A stretch of 61,587 nucleotides of DNA, filler included, from Candidatus Woesearchaeota archaeon (GTDB lineage: Archaea; Nanobdellota; Nanobdellia; Woesearchaeales; BM511): NCBI GenBank assembly GCA_023266675.1. It is 4 parts of 4 records of this genome, joined end to end, with 100 filler letters (N's around TTAATTAATTAA, not from the genome) between each part and the next. Parts side by side here need not be neighbours in the genome. Positions count along the whole stretch, not along the records: positions 1 to 15,577 come from JAHFPP010000031.1; positions 15,678 to 31,073 come from JAHFPP010000032.1; 2 more parts are not named here. The stretch is one strand, 5' to 3'. Positions 9,676 through 19,552 of the stretch are shown piece after piece; position 1 is the stretch's first letter, and the number at the start of each line of letters is the position of its first letter. The notes under the pieces were generated by a model, which saw nothing but the letters and a program-made list of their open reading frames with translations, had not been told where the DNA came from and searched no databases. The position numbers and the translations under genes were made by a program.

Positions 9676-10875
9676 ATGAAATTTGCACATTTAGCTGACT
9701 GTCATATTGGAGGGTGGAGAGACCAGAAGATGAAAGACCTTCCTTTGACATCATTTGCATATGCAATAAACGAATCAATCAGTGAATCTGTGGACTTTGT
9801 TCTTATCAGTGGCGACCTTTTTAACACAAGTCACCCTCAGATAGACAGTTTAAAAGTTGTTGTAAAAAAACTAAGAGAGCTAAAAGAAAAACATATCCAG
9901 GTTTATATGGTTGCAGGCTCGCATGATTTCTCTGCAACTGGAAAAACAATAATAGATGTTCTTGAAGAAGCAGGGTTAATAATCAACGTTGTAAGAGGCG
10001 ATGTTATTGACTCAAAATTAACCCTTAGATTTACAGTTGACAAAAAAACAGGCGCAAAAATAACAGGAATGCTTGGAAAAAAAGGGAGCCTTGAAAAAAA
10101 ATATTATGACAATCTTGACACACTTATGCTTGAGAAAGAAAACGGGTTTAAAATATTCATGTTTCACACAAGCATCACTGAACTCAAGCCAAAAGAACTT
10201 GAAAGAATGGAATCGTCTCCTATCTCAATGCTTCCAAGAGGGTTCGATTATTACGCAGGAGGGCACGTTCATATAGTTGAAAACAAGACGCTAGACGGAT
10301 ACAAAAACGTTGTTTACCCAGGACCCACATTTCCAAACAGTTTTAGCGAGCTTGAAAAACTTAAAACAGGAGGATTTTATATCTATAACAACGGACACGT
10401 AAACTATACTCCAATACCTTTGTACTTAACTCAATTTTTAAGATTTGATGCAAACAATAAACTTCCTGAACTGTTAAACCAAGAGATAATCAAGAGTATC
10501 TCAGACAAGGAGTTTACAGATAAAATAGTTCTATTAAGGTTTGAAGGAACACTAAAAAGCGGAAAAACTTCAGACATAGATTTTTCAAAGATTTTTCGGA
10601 CATTATATGCAAAAGGCGCGTACTTTGTCATGCGAAACACCTCAAGACTTGAGTCAAAAGAGTTTGAGGAAATCCAGATAAAAGAGGATTCAGTTGAAAA
10701 GATTGAGGAAAAAATAATGGATGAGCATAAAAGCGGCACAAACCTCTTTAATGATGAGAAAGATACAATAAAACATTTAATGGGCGTGCTGTCACAGGAA
10801 AAAAATGAGGATGAAAAAAACAGCGATTACGAAAAAAAGATAATAACAGAATTAGACAAACTCCTCACGCAATAA
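9676..10875 (+). CDS. mre11: Mre11/SbcD DNA repair nuclease
   Basis: ADCHIG, GDLF, GSHD, MFH and GHVH metallophosphoesterase motifs. Confidence 0.9.
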   Translation: MKFAHLADCHIGGWRDQKMKDLPLTSFAYAINESISESVDFVLISGDLFNTSHPQIDSLKVVVKKLRELKEKHIQVYMVAGSHDFSATGKTIIDVLEEAGLIINVVRGDVIDSKLTLRFTVDKKTGAKITGMLGKKGSLEKKYYDNLDTLMLEKENGFKIFMFHTSITELKPKELERMESSPISMLPRGFDYYAGGHVHIVENKTLDGYKNVVYPGPTFPNSFSELEKLKTGGFYIYNNGHVNYTPIPLYLTQFLRFDANNKLPELLNQEIIKSISDKEFTDKIVLLRFEGTLKSGKTSDIDFSKIFRTLYAKGAYFVMRNTSRLESKEFEEIQIKEDSVEKIEEKIMDEHKSGTNLFNDEKDTIKHLMGVLSQEKNEDEKNSDYEKKIITELDKLLTQ

Positions 10876-11316
10876 TTATTTCTTCACGTGTTCTTCCATA
10901 AACTTCTTTATGGCGTATTTTGCCTCTCCAAGCGTTTGGTATTCATACACTTCTACAGGTGACTTCACATACTTTGAATTCATTTTTCCGATTATATACC
11001 TTGAAATCTTTTTAACACCCTTCTTATATAAACACAATACCGGTTTTTTTAGTGTTACCATATCTGAAACTTCTGCACCAACCCCCAAACTTGGGTTTGA
11101 TATCTCAAAAATACCTGCATCAGCGTCCTTCATCCACCCATAATCCAAATCATGAACCTCTGCATCTTTGTCAACAATAAAATTTCCGTTCTCTGAAAGC
11201 TCAGACATCAGTGTGTAACCTAATGCTTTTATTTCATGAACTATGTATGCGAGCTCCTCAATTGAAACATTTGAGTGTCCTCCTCTTATTGAGCATCCAA
11301 AATATATTTTGACCAT
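10876..11316 (-). CDS. Nucleoside 2-deoxyribosyltransferase / DNPH1 (Rcl)-like N-glycosidase
   Basis: KIYFGCSIRGG and EISNPSLGVGAE motifs. Confidence 0.8.
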   Translation of the reverse strand: MVKIYFGCSIRGGHSNVSIEELAYIVHEIKALGYTLMSELSENGNFIVDKDAEVHDLDYGWMKDADAGIFEISNPSLGVGAEVSDMVTLKKPVLCLYKKGVKKISRYIIGKMNSKYVKSPVEVYEYQTLGEAKYAIKKFMEEHVKK

Positions 11317-12735
11317 TTATTTCACCAATGATTCCATCATTTTCTTAACTTCCTGCGCGCTTGCCTTGCCTTTACTCATCTTCATAACCTGCCCAACCAA
11401 ATAATTTAGCGCCTGATCTTTTCCTGACTTATATTCATCAACAACAAGTGGGTTCTCATTTATAACTTTATTGGACATATCAAGCAGCGCATTATTGTCT
11501 GAGACTTTTTCAAGATTCTCATTCTTAACATATTCTTTTACATTAAAACTGCCTGCTGCTAACTTTTCAAGTATTTTCTTCCCGACGTTTTCAGTTATTT
11601 TATCCTTTGAAATAAGTTCAAGGATATCAGCAAAATGCGATGAATCAAACTTTATGTCAGATAGTTCCATCTCATTATAGTTTAGCACTCTTACAAGCTC
11701 ACGCCTCACCCACTTTGCAGCAAGTATAGGATTTGTTTTTCTTGCAACTTCATCAAAAAACCCTGACAAATCATAATCAAGTGACAGAACTTTCGCATCC
11801 TCAAGTGAGATACCATATTCACTTACATATCTCTTAACTTTTTCGTTATGAAGTTCTGGTAGTGATTCCTTTGCTTTTTTAATCCATTCCTCAGTTATAT
11901 CTGTAATCACAAGGTCAGGATCAAGGATGTAACCGTAATCCTCTGCAGTTTCTTTTGTCCTCATTGAACGTGTTGTTTTTGAATCAGCGTCCCATGCGCG
12001 TGTTTCCTGAATAATAATTTCTCCACATTTCAAAGCATTTCTTTGCCTGCTTATTTCATACTGTAGCGCATTTTCAATCTCCTTAAACCCAGTTATGTTT
12101 TTTACTTCAACCTTCACATATCCGCTTTCTTTGACTGAAATATTTGCATCAGCCTTTATTATGCATTCATTCACATCAAATATTTTTATGTACTTTAAAA
12201 CATTGATTAGGTTTTTCATGAATTCGCGAGCCTGTTTTGGCGTTGTCATATCAGGTTCAGTAACAACCTCGCAAAGCGGTCTTCCGCTTCTGTTATAATC
12301 AACAAGAACAAATTCCGAGTTCCCAATGCCTCCAGGATGCGTTATCGATGCAGGGTCTTCTTCAATATGGATTCGTGTAATCCAAACTTCTTTATTATCG
12401 GATAATTCAACTTTCCCGTTTTGTCCAAGCGGAAGTTCATACTGTGTTATTTGGTAATTCTTTGACATGTCTGGATAAAAATAACTCTTTCTTGAAAATA
12501 CAAGTTCAGGTGATATTTTGCAGTCAAGCGCAAGGCACAGCATAAGCGCATACTCAACTGCCCTTTTATTTAATACTGGCTTACTGCCAGGGTAGCCAAG
12601 GCAAACTGGGCATGTCAATGTATTTGGCTCAATATTTCCATATGTCCTGCATGCGCAAAAAAGCTTTGTTTCTGTATCAAGCTCAACATGAACCTCAAGT
12701 CCAATTACAACATCAGTGTTAAATTCTTTTATCAT
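11317..12735 (-). CDS. gatB: Asp/Glu-tRNA amidotransferase subunit B
   Basis: IGLEVHVEL, RKSYFYPD, HIEED, DYNRSG. Confidence 0.97.
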   Translation of the reverse strand: MIKEFNTDVVIGLEVHVELDTETKLFCACRTYGNIEPNTLTCPVCLGYPGSKPVLNKRAVEYALMLCLALDCKISPELVFSRKSYFYPDMSKNYQITQYELPLGQNGKVELSDNKEVWITRIHIEEDPASITHPGGIGNSEFVLVDYNRSGRPLCEVVTEPDMTTPKQAREFMKNLINVLKYIKIFDVNECIIKADANISVKESGYVKVEVKNITGFKEIENALQYEISRQRNALKCGEIIIQETRAWDADSKTTRSMRTKETAEDYGYILDPDLVITDITEEWIKKAKESLPELHNEKVKRYVSEYGISLEDAKVLSLDYDLSGFFDEVARKTNPILAAKWVRRELVRVLNYNEMELSDIKFDSSHFADILELISKDKITENVGKKILEKLAAGSFNVKEYVKNENLEKVSDNNALLDMSNKVINENPLVVDEYKSGKDQALNYLVGQVMKMSKGKASAQEVKKMMESLVK

Positions 12736-12739
12736 TCAT

Positions 12740-13558
12740 TCATCTCTCATCAAGCGCCTGATTGACAAGCGCATCAGCTTTTGATTGGTACAAGTCTTCC
12801 CTAAAAACATGATTATATCCTACTTTACTAAAATTCTTCTCTTCTTTTTTGACTTCATCAAATAAAACTTTCAGGTGATCTTTTGAGATTTTGTATTTTC
12901 CGGTAATCTGCCTTACTACAACCTCAGAATCAGATGAAAGGATGATTTCGTTATTAGTATAATTCTTTGCAAGATTTAATGCCTTTATGATTGCTTTATA
13001 CTCTGCAACGTTGTTTGTGGTTACACCAATCTTTTCTTTGTATAACTCAATTATTTTATCATTTTTATCACGGATAATTATGCCTATCGCGGCTAATCCG
13101 GGATTTCCGCGTGAGCCGCCATCCGTATTTATAAAAATCATACCATTTTTTTCTGCATCATTATTTATCCTGATAACTTTTTTGCTTTCTTTCTCTTTTT
13201 TTTCCTTTTCTTTTTCCGCTTTCCAGACTCTTTTTTCTTCATCCAGCGAAACAATTTTCTCCTGAAATACATGAGGCTTTCTTCTTTTGAATTTATCAAT
13301 TACAGATCCTATCGCGGAATCTATGCTGATTCCATATTTTTCTTCGCATATGGCCATCATTATCAATGCATCCCAAAGCACGTCACCGAGCTCTTCCTTC
13401 AGGTTTTCAAGGTCATTATTTTCAATTGAGAGTATGACCTCTTTTGCTTCATCAAGCAATTCCTTTGAATAACTTTCAATATTCTGCTCTTTGGTCCAAA
13501 CACTGTATTTCCTGTTTTTTCTTACAGCTTCAATTAGTTCATTTAATTTTTCACTCAT
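12740..13558 (-). CDS. MazG nucleotide pyrophosphohydrolase fused to RNase HI
   Basis: N-terminal WTKEQ...LKEELGDVL...RRKPHVF (MazG); C-terminal TDGGSRGNPG, TNNVAEY, SDSE, ADALVN (RNase H); start placed at MSEKL, overlapping the gatA stop. Confidence 0.88.
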   Translation of the reverse strand: MSEKLNELIEAVRKNRKYSVWTKEQNIESYSKELLDEAKEVILSIENNDLENLKEELGDVLWDALIMMAICEEKYGISIDSAIGSVIDKFKRRKPHVFQEKIVSLDEEKRVWKAEKEKEKKEKESKKVIRINNDAEKNGMIFINTDGGSRGNPGLAAIGIIIRDKNDKIIELYKEKIGVTTNNVAEYKAIIKALNLAKNYTNNEIILSSDSEVVVRQITGKYKISKDHLKVLFDEVKKEEKNFSKVGYNHVFREDLYQSKADALVNQALDER

Positions 13559-14966
13559 TTTCAAATTCCTTTGCAACCTGAATAAGTTTTCCTTCCTCAA
13601 GATGATTTGAGATTATCATCATGCCAACAGGGAGATTCTTTTCAAAACCAACAGGTATATTTATATGTGGAAGCCCTGCAAGATTTGGTCCTACTGTCAT
13701 CAAATCGACTTTGTAGTGCTGCAGCGGTGAAAGCTTTTCCAACTCATCAAACCTTGGAGCAAGCATTGGCATTGTCGGAGAAATCAATGCATCAAATTTT
13801 TTGAATGTATGACTATATTCTTCAATTATCTTTGTTCTCACTTTAAGCGCCTTGATATAATATGCGTCCCTTTGTCCTGACATTCTGGCAAAAGTCCCAA
13901 GCATTATTCTTCTTTTGGCTTCCTCTCCAAAATTCATTTCGCGCACTTTGGAGAAATACTCGTTAAAGTTTCCTTTAAGCTCCTCTTCTTTGCCGTATCT
14001 CATGCCGCAGTATCTTGCTAGATTAGTTGAAGCCTCAGAAGTAGCTATCAGATAATATGCTGATATACCATACCTATTTGTTTTAGGAAGAGAGACCTCG
14101 TGGTATTTTGCGCCAAGTGATTCAAGAGTTTTTATTGCATCCCAAACTTTTTTTTCAACAGATAAATCAACACCTTCTCCAAATGTCTCTTTGATTATTC
14201 CAAAATTCATTCCTTTTACATCTTTTTCAATGTATAAACTGTAATTGTCAATATTATTTTTTAATGATGTTGAATCATTGGAGTCATGTCCTGATATGAC
14301 TTCCTGGACGCTTGCAATACCATACAACTCTTTTCCCATTGGTCCAATCTTGTCAAGTGAGTTTGCATAATCCATGAGTCCATACCTTGAAACTCTTCCG
14401 TATGTTGGGCAAAGTCCAAAAACTCCGCAAAAGGAAGCAGGATTTACTATTGAGCCGCCTGTTGATTCACCAAGAGAAATATGCGGAAAACTTGCAAGTT
14501 GCGACATTCCTCCACAGCCTCCTGATGATCCGCCTGTTGCGCAATCCTTATCAAATGGATTAAGTGGATGGTTTAAGCCGACATTAACATTAGTTGAAAA
14601 TCCTCCAAATCCAAATTCATCCTGCGCAGTTTTCCCAATAATTATGGCGCCTTCATCAACTAGTTTTTTGACAGCTGTTGAGCTAAAAGGAGGAATATAT
14701 CCATTAAGAATTTTAGAGCCTCCTCTTGACTGCACGCCTTCAACAAGTATTGCATCTTTTACTGAGATGAACAACCCTGAAAGGCGACCTGTGGCGTGTT
14801 TTTTTAATTTTTCAGCCTGGCTTAAAGCAAGTCGTGCGGATATCTCATTCATATAATAATATTCTTTGTTTATCTTCTCTGTTTCTTCAAGCGCTTTATG
14901 AGTGGCTTCAACTATGTCAATCTCGCCTTTTTTTACCTTGTTTATATGTTCGTGAATTTTATTCAT
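13551..14966 (-). CDS. gatA: Amidotransferase subunit A
   Basis: SVKD, GGSSGG, ESTGGSI amidase signature. Confidence 0.95.
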   Translation of the reverse strand: MNKIHEHINKVKKGEIDIVEATHKALEETEKINKEYYYMNEISARLALSQAEKLKKHATGRLSGLFISVKDAILVEGVQSRGGSKILNGYIPPFSSTAVKKLVDEGAIIIGKTAQDEFGFGGFSTNVNVGLNHPLNPFDKDCATGGSSGGCGGMSQLASFPHISLGESTGGSIVNPASFCGVFGLCPTYGRVSRYGLMDYANSLDKIGPMGKELYGIASVQEVISGHDSNDSTSLKNNIDNYSLYIEKDVKGMNFGIIKETFGEGVDLSVEKKVWDAIKTLESLGAKYHEVSLPKTNRYGISAYYLIATSEASTNLARYCGMRYGKEEELKGNFNEYFSKVREMNFGEEAKRRIMLGTFARMSGQRDAYYIKALKVRTKIIEEYSHTFKKFDALISPTMPMLAPRFDELEKLSPLQHYKVDLMTVGPNLAGLPHINIPVGFEKNLPVGMMIISNHLEEGKLIQVAKEFENE

Positions 14967-15258
14967 TTTTCATTGTTTTTTTAATTATTCTTTGCAGAAT
15001 ATTTCTTTCAACAGGTCCATATTTATAGATAACCTTAAAATTTCCGCGGGTTTTATTGTTTGATATCACAAGGTCATCAATTATTACCTTTGCATGCGGA
15101 ACAAAGTCATTGTTCACAAGGTCAATTGGCATTCCTCTCGGATAAAGCCGTTCTTCCTGCTTTTCAAAAAGATAATTTTTGTTAACTTCTATTTTTTTAG
15201 GAAATCCTTGATCGCTGTTTAATTTTAAAATCCAGTTGAATTCAATTTTGTAACCCAT
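14959..15258 (-). CDS. DUF2584-like small beta protein
   Basis: MGYKIEFNWILKL...RLYPRGMPIDL resembles this family, recognised from memory. Confidence 0.55.
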   Translation of the reverse strand: MGYKIEFNWILKLNSDQGFPKKIEVNKNYLFEKQEERLYPRGMPIDLVNNDFVPHAKVIIDDLVISNNKTRGNFKVIYKYGPVERNILQRIIKKTMKNE

Positions 15259-15259
15259 T

Positions 15260-15547
15260 TTACACCGCTTTTGGTCCCTTGAAATATCCTTCTTTTTTGT
15301 TGTTTTTGCTTAGCATTAATGCTTCACTTTGCGTAAAACCTTCTTTTGGTGTATCTTCACGAAGGATGTTTCTAATTTCAATTGGTTGGATGGACATCTT
15401 GGTGTCTTTCACATCAACTTCATTTAATATCTCAAAAGATTCCAGTATTTCCTTAAATTGTGGAACAAACTTCTTAATTTCACCTTCAGAAAGATTCAAC
15501 CTTGCAACTTTTGCTACGTGCCTGATTAGTTCTTCATCCACCCTCAT
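15260..15547 (-). CDS. gatC: Amidotransferase subunit C
   Basis: IRHVAKVARLNL, LRED, GYFKGPK. Confidence 0.93.
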   Translation of the reverse strand: MRVDEELIRHVAKVARLNLSEGEIKKFVPQFKEILESFEILNEVDVKDTKMSIQPIEIRNILREDTPKEGFTQSEALMLSKNNKKEGYFKGPKAV

Positions 15548-15577
15548 GGTTGTTTATAGAATGCACTTTATTTAAAA

Positions 15578-15677
15578 NNNNNNNNNNNNNNNNNNNNNNN
15601 NNNNNNNNNNNNNNNNNNNNNTTAATTAATTAANNNNNNNNNNNNNNNNNNNNNNNNNNNNNNNNNNNNNNNNNNNN
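15578..15677. other. Artificial contig linker
   Basis: 100 nt: N44-TTAATTAATTAA-N44 (stops in all frames). Confidence 0.98.
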
Positions 15678-15876
15678 CAACGTAATCGTGCCATCCTTTA
15701 GTTTTGCCTCTGTAATGTCCTGAATAAACAACAGTGTATCTGTCAGCAGTTCCATGTTCTTTTTCGTGTCCACCGTTATCATAACAACGAATATAACGTG
15801 GAACTCCATTTGGAATAAGTCGAGCCTTGCGTTCTTCTTTTTTTGCTTCTTTTTTACTTAATGTCGTTGTTGCCAT
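15678..15876 (-). CDS. Hypothetical phage-type protein, 3' truncated by contig end
   Basis: YDNGG...TADRYTVVY; preceded by repeat copy 15901. Confidence 0.65.
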
Positions 15877-15928
15877 TTTAGTTTGTTTTTGTTATAAACT
15901 TATAGGTCAAGTAAAAGAAAAAAAAGAA

Positions 15929-16126
15929 TTAGTCTTGTGCTTCTCCTTCTAATATGTCTGAATTAGAAAGCCCTTCTATAAATATTTGTGGCTGACTATC
16001 CAATTCACTCATTCCAATAATTTTATCCATAGTTTCCAATACATCTTGTACACAAGATAATTCAGGTTTTCTGCCTGTTGGAAAAATGTCCATTTGAATT
16101 TGAACGGTTACGGTTATTGTTTTCAT
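15929..16126 (-). CDS. Hypothetical protein, array unit
   Basis: Stop codon abuts the repeat at 15928. Confidence 0.7.
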   Translation of the reverse strand: MKTITVTVQIQMDIFPTGRKPELSCVQDVLETMDKIIGMSELDSQPQIFIEGLSNSDILEGEAQD

Positions 16127-16134
16127 ATTTTTTT

Positions 16135-16341
16135 TTATTTACGTTTTACAAAATCTTTGGTATCAGTACAGAATTTTTCAGCATCTTTTTGAAAACAGAA
16201 CTCTTCAAGTACTTTATTGTTTGGCGTACCAATTTTGAATTGTGTAACTGCCACAGATTCATCCAAGAATATTCTCAGGTTATTTATCTGCTTTACTTTT
16301 TTTAATCCTCTAAAGGGATTGTATCCGATTTGTCTGCTCAT
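16135..16341 (-). CDS. Hypothetical protein, array unit (leaderless class)
   Basis: ATG (MSRQ) 5 nt after the repeat TATA. Confidence 0.7.
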   Translation of the reverse strand: MSRQIGYNPFRGLKKVKQINNLRIFLDESVAVTQFKIGTPNNKVLEEFCFQKDAEKFCTDTKDFVKRK

Positions 16342-16374
16342 AATATTATAGGTCAAAGAAAAGAAAAAAAAGAA

Positions 16375-16584
16375 TTAAGCAAGATTAGAATAAATCGAAT
16401 TAGTGTGAACAATTTTACCATGCTTAGTAATTTTGTTTGGATTCCAAGGACTTGGAGCAAGATATTCCTCTTGAACTGTTGCATAAGTTTTAAACCCATT
16501 GCATTTATCAATAGCTTTTTGTTTGCTCTTAAAGGAATATCCTGAATAAATTCCTGCTGAATAATGAATTGTGAATTTTGCCAT
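16375..16584 (-). CDS. Hypothetical protein, array unit
   Basis: ATG (MAKF) 1 nt after the upstream stop; own stop abuts a repeat. Confidence 0.65.
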   Translation of the reverse strand: MAKFTIHYSAGIYSGYSFKSKQKAIDKCNGFKTYATVQEEYLAPSPWNPNKITKHGKIVHTNSIYSNLA

Positions 16585-16585
16585 C

Positions 16586-16861
16586 TTATAAGTGATAACC
16601 AATTTGTTTAACATTTTTCTTTACTTCTTTTTCAAATGATGTACCTGCACAATTGTGTTGGTCTGCCTCATCAATAAGAATTGCAACAACGATTGCTTTT
16701 GGAATAAGCATTGGATTAGAATTTTCATCCCAAGCATCAATGTCTATTGCGCTTGAATTCAAAGCTCTGTCAACTTTAGCTTTTTGTTTATCAAAACTTT
16801 CTTTCAGCATTTTAAGTGCCAATTTTTTGATTTGTGCTTTCTTTTTGTCTGTTGCGTTCAT
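16586..16861 (-). CDS. Hypothetical protein, array unit
   Basis: 91 aa; repeat 15 nt upstream. Confidence 0.7.
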   Translation of the reverse strand: MNATDKKKAQIKKLALKMLKESFDKQKAKVDRALNSSAIDIDAWDENSNPMLIPKAIVVAILIDEADQHNCAGTSFEKEVKKNVKQIGYHL

Positions 16862-16905
16862 GTCTTTGTTTTTTATTATAGGTCAAGGAAAATAAAAAAA
16901 AGAAA

Positions 16906-17133
16906 TTACCAAGTCATTACAACCACATCATCCAATTTAAAAAATTCACAGATTGGTTGTTTACGAGATGGTTTGCCTGTTGTATATAAAATTCTAACAG
17001 CAACCACAGGAAATTTTAATTCAGCATCAAAGCCAAGAATTTTATATTGTTTTTTACCAATCTCAAAAAATTGTCCTTTTTTACGACCTGCAAGTTCATC
17101 AACGAGTTTTATATCTGAAAATTTTTTATCCAT
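16906..17133 (-). CDS. Hypothetical protein, array unit
   Basis: 75 aa, flanked by repeats. Confidence 0.7.
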   Translation of the reverse strand: MDKKFSDIKLVDELAGRKKGQFFEIGKKQYKILGFDAELKFPVVAVRILYTTGKPSRKQPICEFFKLDDVVVMTW

Positions 17134-17177
17134 GATGTTTGTTTTTTATTATAGGTCAAAGAAAAGGAAAAAAAGAA

Positions 17178-17681
17178 TTAGAATTGAGTATTATGTTCAT
17201 TGAATACTTTGAGTTTAACTAAGCTTATTTCATTTTTAACTTGAACAAATTTTTCTTCAAGTTCAGACAATAAATTTTTAGCCTGAGTTTTGCTTAATTC
17301 ATGTTGTTGTATTCTAAAATCAAAATCAAGCGCTGATTCTATTGTATGATAAATACCCCAACTTTCTTTTTTAACAAAAATTGTTTTATCAAAGTTTGCT
17401 ATTTCTTGTTTTAAATTACCAATAGCAAATTCAAGGTTACTATACTTGAATTTACAATAAGCTTGTCCAATGCTAAAGTTTTTAACCCAACTTTTATGCA
17501 AGTCATTTTTACAAATAGCTTTCAGTACATCCACGTGCTTACCAACAACTTTACTTGATAAATGCCCATGATATTCATGGTCTTGAAATTCCTGGATAAT
17601 TCCTGCCTTAACTGGAAAGCATATTGGTAAACCAAACATCCTGTCAATGTAAAAATCTGTATCAATGCGTTTTGTTTCCAT
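17178..17681 (-). CDS. Hypothetical protein, array unit (leaderless class)
   Basis: 167 aa, flanked by repeats. Confidence 0.75.
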   Translation of the reverse strand: METKRIDTDFYIDRMFGLPICFPVKAGIIQEFQDHEYHGHLSSKVVGKHVDVLKAICKNDLHKSWVKNFSIGQAYCKFKYSNLEFAIGNLKQEIANFDKTIFVKKESWGIYHTIESALDFDFRIQQHELSKTQAKNLLSELEEKFVQVKNEISLVKLKVFNEHNTQF

Positions 17682-17714
17682 ATTGTTATAGGTCAGGGAG
17701 AACAGAAAAAAGAA

Positions 17715-18698
17715 TCAATATTTTACTAACGGAATGAAATTTTCTTTTGGATAAGTTTCTTTAAATAAAAATACTTCATCAGATAAATCTTCTTCTTTAT
17801 ATGTAACTGCTTCGCCAACTTTCAAATTTCCGCCTTGAACATAAACTTCTCCTTGATAAAAATAAATCTTATCTTGAAAAATAGAATCAAAATAATATCT
17901 TGTCAAAGAGTAAATATCTTGAAAATTACTTTCTTTACTATCATTTTTAATTAACGTCATACCAACACTATGATAATAATCATCTTTATCTCTTTTAGTA
18001 ATTACTTTACCTATGGTATAATACTTATTTAATTTTTCGCCAACTTTATTTTTATACTCTTTAAGTTTTTGAATCATTGTACTTTCAGCAAATAATTCTA
18101 AATAGATTGTTGAAAGCTCTTCCATACAAAAAGCAAAATTATCTATTGAACTAATTGTATTATCAGAAAAAATCAATTTAATTTCAACATGGTCAGGTCT
18201 TTTTAAAGTTGCAGAGTTCCAAACCCAATGAACGCTTCCATCTTTTTCAAGTAATAATTTTAGCAAATTTTTAATAATTACATTTAAGTCTATAAATGGA
18301 TTATTCCAATATTTGTCCATCATTTCATCATGCTTATCTCCAAACTTTTCAAAATTGGTTTTAAGCGTAAAAGCCCCGTATTCGATTTTATGTCTTCTTT
18401 CGTTAGCATCAGAATTTTTAACAACCTTTGTGAAAATTGTTAAATGTTGTTGGTATCTCCTAACTACTAAGGTAACATTACCATAGGTAAATGTCGACCA
18501 ACTATAATTTTTGCCTTTGTTCTCTTTAACTTTGTTAAGGTCAATTTTTTTATCCAATGATTCGATTGTCATTGAATTTTTAAGTCGTTGCAAGCCTTTG
18601 ATAACATAATTCAAAGGTTCTTTAAACTTTTGCGTAGTTTTTAATTCATATTCTATATGACGAGTTATTTGTTCTTTATCAAATTGAAATATGTCCAT
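17715..18698 (-). CDS. Hypothetical protein, array unit
   Basis: 327 aa, flanked by repeats; TGA stop abuts the repeat. Confidence 0.8.
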   Translation of the reverse strand: MDIFQFDKEQITRHIEYELKTTQKFKEPLNYVIKGLQRLKNSMTIESLDKKIDLNKVKENKGKNYSWSTFTYGNVTLVVRRYQQHLTIFTKVVKNSDANERRHKIEYGAFTLKTNFEKFGDKHDEMMDKYWNNPFIDLNVIIKNLLKLLLEKDGSVHWVWNSATLKRPDHVEIKLIFSDNTISSIDNFAFCMEELSTIYLELFAESTMIQKLKEYKNKVGEKLNKYYTIGKVITKRDKDDYYHSVGMTLIKNDSKESNFQDIYSLTRYYFDSIFQDKIYFYQGEVYVQGGNLKVGEAVTYKEEDLSDEVFLFKETYPKENFIPLVKY

Positions 18699-18742
18699 GT
18701 TGTTTGTTTTTTATTATAGGTCAAGAAAAATAAAAAAAAGAA

Positions 18743-18817
18743 TTATGGTTTTTTCTTAGAATAAAATCCAAGCCACATAGCAGCAAAAATAAGATATGCA
18801 GCGAATTTTCTAATCAT
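18743..18817 (-). CDS. 24-aa hydrophobic micro-protein MIRKFAAYLIFAAMWLGFYSKKKP
   Basis: Manual translation; stop abuts the repeat as in longer units; A-rich leader. Confidence 0.55.
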   Translation of the reverse strand: MIRKFAAYLIFAAMWLGFYSKKKP

Positions 18818-18825
18818 AATTTGTT

Positions 18826-19182
18826 TTAATTGAAAGTAATTGCTGCATCAAAATCTTTATTAGAAATAAGGTCAAGGAATTTTTGAAAACCATCTTCTGA
18901 TTCAATTTCAGATGCAGGAGAAAGTGATTTTACAAGTGCGAAAATTGCATATTCATTTTGTGGTTTAAAATGTAAACCTTGTCTGCTTATAAATGAATGT
19001 GAAGACATCTCTCTAATAACTTCATCAACTGTGTCCATCTCAATATCGTGAACACTTACACTATGAGCAAATGCAATTTGAATCTTTAAGTTTTCAAGTT
19101 CACGTAAATCAATTTCATCTCCATTAATCGTATCAACTTCTTTGCCATTGATTCTGAATACTACTTTCTTTGTCATTTTCAT
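18826..19182 (-). CDS. Hypothetical acidic protein, array unit
   Basis: 118 aa; repeat upstream. Confidence 0.7.
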   Translation of the reverse strand: MKMTKKVVFRINGKEVDTINGDEIDLRELENLKIQIAFAHSVSVHDIEMDTVDEVIREMSSHSFISRQGLHFKPQNEYAIFALVKSLSPASEIESEDGFQKFLDLISNKDFDAAITFN

Positions 19183-19243
19183 TTGTCAGGGAGATTTTGG
19201 TTTTCTTATATTATTATAGGTCAAAGAAAAGAAAAAAAAGAAT

Positions 19244-19495
19244 TTAATATACAGCAACCTCTTCCAAATCAAAATCTCTCATTTCAATTTCATTATCTTC
19301 ATCAGTTGATTCGGCTGTCAATTTCAATTCATCTTCAGCTCTGAAAACTTTTGTTTTAGATACAATAAAATGTTCATTGATAGCCAAGGCAATTGCATTG
19401 TTAAACTCAGAGGGAGAGGCTTTGTCTTTTTTAGATATTACCGCAATATTGTTTCCTTCTTTATCTGTCAGTAAAAAATGTCTGTTGCTTTGCAT
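19244..19495 (-). CDS. Hypothetical protein, array unit
   Basis: 83 aa, flanked by repeats. Confidence 0.7.
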   Translation of the reverse strand: MQSNRHFLLTDKEGNNIAVISKKDKASPSEFNNAIALAINEHFIVSKTKVFRAEDELKLTAESTDEDNEIEMRDFDLEEVAVY

Positions 19496-19552
19496 GATGT
19501 TTTGTTTTAGATTATATTGTTATAGGTCAGGGAGATTGGAAAAAAGAAAGGG

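Noticed and set aside
15578..15677. TTAATTAATTAA palindromes and ORFs ending in X..LIN
   Set aside because: Concatenation linker, repeated identically three times
16345..16356. TTGACC and TATAAT read as sigma70 -35 and -10 boxes
   Set aside because: The hexamers are adjacent with no 17-nt spacer, and many copies read CTGACC, TATAAC or TATAAG
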